A DNA stretch of 32,000 nt. Source: Delftia acidovorans NBRC 14950 (lineage in GTDB: Bacteria; Pseudomonadota; Gammaproteobacteria; Burkholderiales; Burkholderiaceae_C). How positions within the stretch are numbered: the stretch's first letter is position 1; every line of letters begins with the position of its first letter. Under the pieces are notes generated by a model that was not told the origin of the DNA, did not search any database, and was given only the letters and a program-made list of their open reading frames with translations. The translations under genes and the position numbers were made by a program. Shown one piece after another: positions 28,301 through 32,000 of the stretch. Location of the stretch: NCBI RefSeq assembly GCF_001598795.1, contig NZ_BCZP01000040.1:3393-35392 (forward strand). The letters are read 5' to 3'.

Positions 28301-28432
28301 GTTGGTCACGTCAGGAAAGGCGTCCACCGACAGATTCATGGCGGCGCGCAGGCCAAAGCCGCACAGCACCAGCGAGAGCACGATCACGATGAGTCGCTGG
28401 CTCAGTGCGGCCCGGATCATGGAAGCGATCAT
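25343..28432 (-). CDS. CusA/CzcA-family heavy-metal efflux RND transporter (inner-membrane pump)
   Basis: 1029 aa. The typical HME-RND N-terminus is MIASMIRAALSQRLIVIVLSLVLCGFG...VDAFPDVTNVQVQV. The TM4 region is LGGLAIAIGLMVDATVVVVEN. There are twelve-TM-like hydrophobic blocks and two large periplasmic loops. Confidence 0.93.
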   Translation of the reverse strand: MIASMIRAALSQRLIVIVLSLVLCGFGLRAAMNLSVDAFPDVTNVQVQVATEAPGRSPEEIERFVTVPLEIAMTGMPGLVEMRSLNKSGLSIITLVFTDTTDVYFARQLVTERLMEVTPRMPEGIIPVLGPVSTGLGEVYQYTLDHPDDGKRALTPEELTERRTIQDWVARPLLRSIPGVAEINSQGGYVKQYQVEVDPGRLRHYGLSVRHVVQAIADNNANASGGILPQVTEQYLIRAVGLIQSLEDIGNIVLKQDGGVPVFVRDVAEVQLGQEVRQGAIIKGGYTEGVSGIVLMMRGGNAKEVVTRVKERVQEINSKGMLPGGLQIVPYYDRTDLVDSALWTVGKVLIEGILLVVVVLFIFLGDVRSSLIVVATLIITPLTTFIMMNRWGISANLMSLGGLAIAIGLMVDATVVVVENVFHKLGQAGDSMGARVRTVLSATTEVATPTIFGIAIIILVFLPLMTLQGIEGKMFGPLALTIAISLAVSLAVSLFLSPVLCSYFLKGGADHDTRLIAFLKRHYLRLLDLATARNRATLAVAVALLLGSLGLFPLLGKSFMPTMKEGALTPQINRVPSISLDESIRMEMAAMKAVAEVPGVLSVVSKLGRGESPADPAGPNESDPIVLLDPESNRTQDEIDEDIRQRLSSIPGVQIVLSQPISERVDEMVTGVRSQLAIKVFGDELDDLRDVSEQVARILKSVPGSTDIRVERLSGQQALTVDIDRKAIARHGLNVTDVQGVIESAIGGKDVTTVYEGERRYNVVVRFPEPFRGSPQAVGATLLTTSTGAQVPLNSVARIELVDGPAQISREGGKRRVVVGANVEGRDLGGFVTEVQQRIDKEVQLPDGYYFKYGGQFENMERAMGTLQVIVPLTIVAIFFLLFVLFNSVKLAGLIILVLPFASIGGLIGLFVTGEYVSVPASVGFIALWGIAVLNGVVLVSCIRKLREDGMNVAEAVREGCVQRFRPVMMTATVALLGLVPFLFATGPGSEVQRPLAIVVIGGLISSTLLTLVVLPTLYRWFDEKPLEA

Positions 28433-28436
28433 GGGC

Positions 28437-29654
28437 TTACTCCAGCTCTGCGCGCTTGCGCTCGTTGTTCAGGTGGAAGGCGCCCGTGGTGACGATGACC
28501 GTGCCATCGGCCACGCCCTTGTTCACGGGGCGCATGCCGCCGCTGGCAGTGCCCAGCTCGACGGGCGTGAGGCGGTAGTGGTTCTCGCCCTTCTTGACGA
28601 AGACATGGTCGCGATCGTTCTCGCGCACCACGGCCTCGGCCGGCACGGCCAGCAGTTGGCGCACCTCGCCCTGGATGCGCATGGTGGCCAGCATCTGGGG
28701 CTTGAGGTCGCGCTCGGTGTTGTCCACCTGGGTGCGGATGGTGACGGTGCGGGTCTCGGGCGTCACGGTGTCGCCCACATGCACGATCTGGCCGGACAGC
28801 ACGCGCTCGCCCAGGGCGGGCACGGCGATCTCCACGGCCTGGCCGGCGCGCACGCCGCTGGCCATCTGCTCGGGAATCGCGCCCACCACCCAGACACTGC
28901 TCAGGTCGGCCACGGTGAACAGCGGATCGCCGGGCTGGGTCACCTGGCCGGAGCTGACCTTGCGCTCGATCACCACGCCGGCCCCTGTGGACAGCACGGC
29001 GGCATGCGACTGCAGCGTGCCCTTGTCGCGCAGCTGGGCGATGGCGCTGTCGGGAATGCCGATCAGGCGCAACTGGTCGCCGGCAGCGCGCTGCTCGGCG
29101 CGCGCAATCGACAGCTCGGACTCGCGGCGCTGCAGTTCGGCCGAGCCGATGACGTCAGCGGCGATCAGCTGGCGGGCGCGCTCCACGCCGCGCTCGGCCA
29201 GCGTGGCGGCGGAGTGTGCACGCAGATAGGCCAACTGGGCGGTGGTCAGCTCGGGGCTGGCCACGCGGGCCAGCACCTGGCCCGCACGCACGCGGTCGCC
29301 CACTTCGACCAGCACCTCGGTCACGCGCCCCGTGGCGGCCGCGCCAATGCGGGTGACCTGGCGCTCATTGGCCTCGATGCGGCCGGACACCTCCTGCAGC
29401 AGCGCGATCTGCGCCTGCGCCACGGGCTTGACGGCGAAGTTGGGCGCCATCTCGGCGGTCACACGGACCTCCATCGGGTCCTGCTCCTGGGCAGCGGCCG
29501 CTGCGGGCGCCGCCTTGGCTTCGGCCTCTTCGTTCTTGCCGCAGGCGCTCAGCGCCAGCGTTGCGGCCAGCAGTCCGGCCAGGGCCAGGGAGTTCACCAA
29601 GGTGCTGCTGCCTGCGCGGGCGGCGATGGGTTTCGGATGCATATTCAAGGACAT
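28437..29654 (-). CDS. Efflux RND periplasmic adaptor (membrane fusion protein, CzcB/CusB-like)
   Basis: Track ORF 28437..29699. It has a lipoprotein-like signal (LLAATLALSAC). A lipoyl/hairpin region follows (GRVTEVLVEVGDRVRAGQVLARVASPEL), then beta-barrel motifs. The start is uncertain: ATG at 29654 or 29642, or a GTG at 29699 overlapping the upstream stop. Confidence 0.85.
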   Translation of the reverse strand: MSLNMHPKPIAARAGSSTLVNSLALAGLLAATLALSACGKNEEAEAKAAPAAAAAQEQDPMEVRVTAEMAPNFAVKPVAQAQIALLQEVSGRIEANERQVTRIGAAATGRVTEVLVEVGDRVRAGQVLARVASPELTTAQLAYLRAHSAATLAERGVERARQLIAADVIGSAELQRRESELSIARAEQRAAGDQLRLIGIPDSAIAQLRDKGTLQSHAAVLSTGAGVVIERKVSSGQVTQPGDPLFTVADLSSVWVVGAIPEQMASGVRAGQAVEIAVPALGERVLSGQIVHVGDTVTPETRTVTIRTQVDNTERDLKPQMLATMRIQGEVRQLLAVPAEAVVRENDRDHVFVKKGENHYRLTPVELGTASGGMRPVNKGVADGTVIVTTGAFHLNNERKRAELE

Positions 29655-29695
29655 GTTCGTTTCTGATTTCGGGTGTGAGGCAGGGACGGCGCGCT

Positions 29696-31135
29696 TCACA
29701 GCGCGGACGGATCGTCGTAGCGGCCCGCGAGGTATTCGAGCTGTATGCGCGCCGCCTGCAGCTGGTAGCGCGCATCGAGCAGGTCTGCACGGATGGAGCG
29801 CAGCACGCGCTGCGCATCGAGCACATCGAGAATGCCGCGCTCGCCGAAGCGGTAGGCGGCCTCGGCCACGCGCAGGGCCGACTCGGCCTCGCGCACCGAA
29901 CCCTGGCTCAGTGCCTGGGTGCGCAGTCGTGCCATCTCCAGCTCCTTCCAGGCCTGCAGCGTCTGCTGGCGCAGCTCGATCTGCCGGCCTTCCAGCTGCA
30001 GACGCGCGCGCTCCAGCTCGGAGGCGGCCTCGTCGATGGGGCCGCGGTGCTGGTCGAGCAAGGGGATCTGGATGCTCACGCCCACCGTGTTCAGGCGCAC
30101 GTCGGGCTCGCGCGTCTGGCCGTAGCGCAGCTCCACGCCCGGCCAGCGCGAGGCCTTGGCACCGTCAAGCCGCGCCTGGGCACGCTCGACCTCCGCCTTG
30201 AGCTGGCGCAGTTCGGGGTGCTCCATGGGATCGATCTCGCCCATGTCCTCGATGCGCAACGGATCCTCCAGCGACACATCCAGGCGGAAGCGCACGGGCA
30301 GCTGGCCTGCGGCCAGGCGGCCCAGCGACAGCTGCGCCTGCTCGGCACGCAGCCTTGCGGTCTGCTCCTGCTGGCGCGCCTGGATGATTTCGGCATCGGC
30401 CTTGATGATTTCGTAGCGGGCCGCCTCGCCGCTGTCCACGCGGACGCGGACGCGCTCATGGGCCTGCTCCAGAAGGCGCACCGCCTCCTTGGCGGCCTCG
30501 ACCTCCGCCTCGCGCAGCACCATTTCGTAGGCGCGCAGCCGCACCTGGGCCACCAGCGCATTGCGCGTGGTCGCTACGAAGTGCACCGACCCCTGCTCGC
30601 CTGCCTTGGCGGCCTCCACGCGCGCACCGCGCACGGCGGGGTTCTCGATGGGCAACGCCACGGCCCAGCCCTGCACCGTGCCGGCCGCCGCGCCGGGCAC
30701 GCGGGCGCTGTTTCGGCCCTGGTTCCATTCGAGCTTGGGATTGGGCAGCGCCGAGGCGCTGACCACGCCTGCGCGCGCCGTGGTGCGCGACTGCTCGACG
30801 GCGCGCAGATCGGGGTTGTGGTCCAGCACGGCGCGAACGACCTCGTTCAGGCTCAGCTGGGGCAGGCGCTGTGCGGCGGCCGAAGCCACCGAAGCCGTTG
30901 AAGCCGTCGATGCGGCCTTAGGCGTGACCGGGGCGCGGGCCGCTGCGGCCTCGGCGGCTGCAGCCGCGGCGGGTGCCGCCTGGGTCATGGGAGGCTGGGA
31001 TGCCTGTGCCGAGGCACCGGCACTCCAGCCCACCAGCAGGCTGCAGATCGCGCCTTGCAAGGCCTTGCGCGAAAAGGATGGAAAACGAGCGGGGGCCATT
31101 CCCGCCAATACCGTTGGATTCACCATGGCATGCAT
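29696..31135 (-). CDS. TolC-family outer-membrane efflux factor (CzcC/CusC-like)
   Basis: 479 aa. It has a signal-like N-terminus and an Ala-rich linker, then two repeated coiled-coil/beta halves (LSLNEVVRAVLDHNPDL... and ...ALRVAEAAYRFGERGILDVLDAQRVL...YQLQAARIQLEYL). It sits directly upstream of the adaptor and pump. Confidence 0.85.
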   Translation of the reverse strand: MHAMVNPTVLAGMAPARFPSFSRKALQGAICSLLVGWSAGASAQASQPPMTQAAPAAAAAAEAAAARAPVTPKAASTASTASVASAAAQRLPQLSLNEVVRAVLDHNPDLRAVEQSRTTARAGVVSASALPNPKLEWNQGRNSARVPGAAAGTVQGWAVALPIENPAVRGARVEAAKAGEQGSVHFVATTRNALVAQVRLRAYEMVLREAEVEAAKEAVRLLEQAHERVRVRVDSGEAARYEIIKADAEIIQARQQEQTARLRAEQAQLSLGRLAAGQLPVRFRLDVSLEDPLRIEDMGEIDPMEHPELRQLKAEVERAQARLDGAKASRWPGVELRYGQTREPDVRLNTVGVSIQIPLLDQHRGPIDEAASELERARLQLEGRQIELRQQTLQAWKELEMARLRTQALSQGSVREAESALRVAEAAYRFGERGILDVLDAQRVLRSIRADLLDARYQLQAARIQLEYLAGRYDDPSAL

Positions 31136-31343
31136 CTGCCGCGAAACGACAGTCGAGGGGTTGAGTAAGAGATGGGCCCTCCCCTGCGGACAACGCGGGA
31201 ACGGGCATGGCCGGGCCGTGCGCAGTCAGCGCGCGGACGACGGCATGGCATGCGCGCCAGCAAGGCGCGCACGAGCAGTGATCAGGCAGTGGGATGCGTC
31301 AGCCGACAAGGGGCGCAGGGCATGCCTGCGCCGCAATATGCGG

Positions 31344-31748
31344 TCAGCCGAGCAGGGAAGGTCTTGGAGGGCGCAGCAGCTGGCCCGGAGCGGGCGACAG
31401 GTGCGCGTGGGAATAGGTCGAAGGCGGGGCCCACAGCGACACCACCTGCACGGCGATGGGCTCGGGCGGCCAGTACATCTCGGCGGAGCGGTCCTCGCCA
31501 CAGGCCAGCAGGGCCAGCAGCTGGCGGGTATTGCCGCCGTGTGCCGTCAGCTCGGCAAACTCCGTCTCGTCGTCTTCCTCGACTTCCGCGAGTTCTTCGA
31601 GGAATTCCTCATCGATGGTCACGATGGGGTGGTGCGCCAGCAAGCCATCGCTTTCCAGTCCATCGGACGATGCCGACGCCGCCACCTGTCCACAGAAGAT
31701 GGACAACAGCATCAGCAAGGAAAACAGGAACGATGGCGCAAGGCGCAT
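31344..31748 (-). CDS. Hypothetical small secreted protein (first gene of the efflux operon)
   Basis: 134 aa. The signal-peptide-like N-terminus is MRLAPSFLFSLLMLLSIFCGQVAASA. An acidic stretch follows (IDEEFLEELAEVEEDDETEF). Third-position GC is high in this frame. I recognise no family. Confidence 0.45.
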   Translation of the reverse strand: MRLAPSFLFSLLMLLSIFCGQVAASASSDGLESDGLLAHHPIVTIDEEFLEELAEVEEDDETEFAELTAHGGNTRQLLALLACGEDRSAEMYWPPEPIAVQVVSLWAPPSTYSHAHLSPAPGQLLRPPRPSLLG

Positions 31749-31782
31749 GGGGCGAGACGAAGGCGGGAGCAGTGAAAGTGAA

Positions 31783-31800
31783 TGTCCCGTGATCGGGACA
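31783..31800. promoter_or_regulatory. Perfect 7-4-7 palindrome TGTCCCG-TGAT-CGGGACA upstream of the efflux operon (candidate operator or 5' UTR hairpin)
   Basis: Read directly. It lies 35-52 nt upstream of the 31748 start codon and is followed on the minus strand by ATTCACTTTCAC. Confidence 0.25.
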
Positions 31801-31936
31801 CCATCTATTGTTACGAATGTTGAGGCAAAGTTCCGGGTTTGCCCTTAAAAAATCTGTGGCAAAGCCCGCTTTTCGCACATGCTTGCCCGCCGCCAAGCGG
31901 TGGCTGCCATGCAGGCGAGCTGCACGCGGCAGAAAC

Positions 31937-31958
31937 AAAAAAGCCACCTTGCGGTGGC
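31937..31958 (-). terminator. Second copy of the tRNA-Asp-type rho-independent terminator
   Basis: The same GCCACC-GCAA-GGTGGC hairpin, followed by TTTTTT on the minus strand. It is part of direct repeat copy 2. Confidence 0.7.
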
Positions 31959-32000
31959 TTCTTGTCTGTGCAGACGCTGGGTTTGCACAAGGAATCTGGC
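31937..32000. repeat. Direct repeat copy 2, ending in tggc, the probable 3' end of a second minus-strand tRNA-Asp running off the window
   Basis: 63 of 64 positions are identical to 24494-24557. The last 4 nt correspond to the CCA end of tRNA-Asp in copy 1. Confidence 0.95.

Noticed and set aside
24938-30901. Long plus-strand ORFs (24938..28492, 28032..29666, 29561..30901, 30561..31775)
   Set aside because: These are antisense shadows of the RND pump, adaptor and outer-membrane-factor genes. They are His/Gly/Ala/Arg/Gln-rich with no motifs.

Overview
High-GC (about 65%) proteobacterial DNA. Gene content suggests a Comamonadaceae-type betaproteobacterium, but that is inference only. There are four blocks.

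(1) 1-15477, minus strand: one tightly packed operon for a hybrid NRPS-PKS metallophore. Transcription order is MbtH-like, type II thioesterase, Sfp-type PPTase, TauD-like hydroxylase, FAAL-ACP-C-A-PCP NRPS, KS-AT-KR-ACP PKS, then a further NRPS (C-A...) that runs off the left edge. That last NRPS is missing from the ORF track because it has no stop inside the window. The gene order matches what I remember of delA-delG in the delftibactin/acidobactin family.

(2) 15738-22999, plus strand: an orphan T6SS effector module of VgrG, a 1466-aa PAAR-like Rhs protein and a small signal-peptide protein. The last ~126 aa of the Rhs protein and the downstream gene sit in a sharply AT-rich segment. The tip looks like a DUF2778/Tlde1-type, YkuD-like peptidoglycan-targeting toxin, and the downstream gene looks like its periplasmic immunity protein. 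This is the most interesting part of the window.

(3) 23300-24864: an orphan FecI/PvdS-like ECF sigma factor, about 670 bp with no convincing gene, and a tRNA-Ala(GGC)/tRNA-Glu(UUC)/tRNA-Asp(GUC) cluster.

(4) 24991-31748, minus strand: a heavy-metal RND efflux operon encoding a small secreted protein, the outer-membrane factor, the membrane fusion protein, the CusA/CzcA-type pump and a PII-like protein. A 64-bp near-perfect direct repeat (tRNA-Asp 3' end plus its terminator) brackets the tRNA cluster together with this operon, so a second tRNA-Asp probably starts at the right edge.

No CRISPR array, transposase or integrase was seen. All family assignments come from motif recognition by eye. 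No searches were run.
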